A DNA stretch of 64,000 nt from NCBI RefSeq assembly GCF_009914755.1, contig NC_060925.1, one strand, 5' to 3'. This DNA is from the human T2T-CHM13v2.0 reference genome, Homo sapiens. Every line of letters begins with the position of its first letter. Within the stretch, counting starts at the first letter, position 1. Positions 63,824-64,000 of this stretch are shown piece after piece. A program made the position numbers and the translations under genes. The notes beneath the pieces are model-generated. The model saw nothing but the letters and a program-made list of their open reading frames with translations, made no database searches and was not told the origin of the DNA.

Positions 63824-64000
63824 AGGGACTGCCACATGTCAAACTCCACGGCATGCTCAGGTCTCAGGATGCAGCATTTAGGCGGGAATCTCTGGAAACC
63901 AACAGAGCGTGGAGTCAGGGATGGAGCCAAAGGCAGGAGTGGGGGGGCCCCCGCCATGCCTGGCTGTGGAAGTCCCGCTCTGGGGATCAGCTCCGCCTCT

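Overview
This is human-type genomic DNA from the PINK1-DDOST-KIF17 locus on 1p36. On the + strand it runs from inside PINK1 exon 1 (codon 88) through all remaining coding exons to the stop at 16883 and the 3'UTR; every splice junction checked is GT-AG and in phase. On the - strand it holds the complete 11-exon DDOST/OST48 gene (1371-nt CDS, 27588->18569), convergent with PINK1 and about 0.3 kb from its 3' end. It also holds the last nine coding exons of kinesin-2 KIF17 (56522->30771), ending about 2.6 kb upstream of the DDOST CpG-island promoter. Introns are dense in Alu, L1, L2/MIR, MaLR/ERVL LTRs and MER DNA transposons, and most of the short ORFs in the track are repeat-derived noise. I found no wholly new gene or multi-gene system. 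The best candidates for undescribed biology are RNA-processing features. These are an Alu-tail poly(A) signal for DDOST that may control antisense read-through into PINK1, two DDOST intron-retention isoforms that should escape NMD, and intronic poly(A) sites that would truncate PINK1 or KIF17. A cryptic mini-intron/U1-site array in the PINK1 3'UTR is a further candidate. Gene identities and repeat family names come from recall, not from database searches, and repeat boundaries are approximate.
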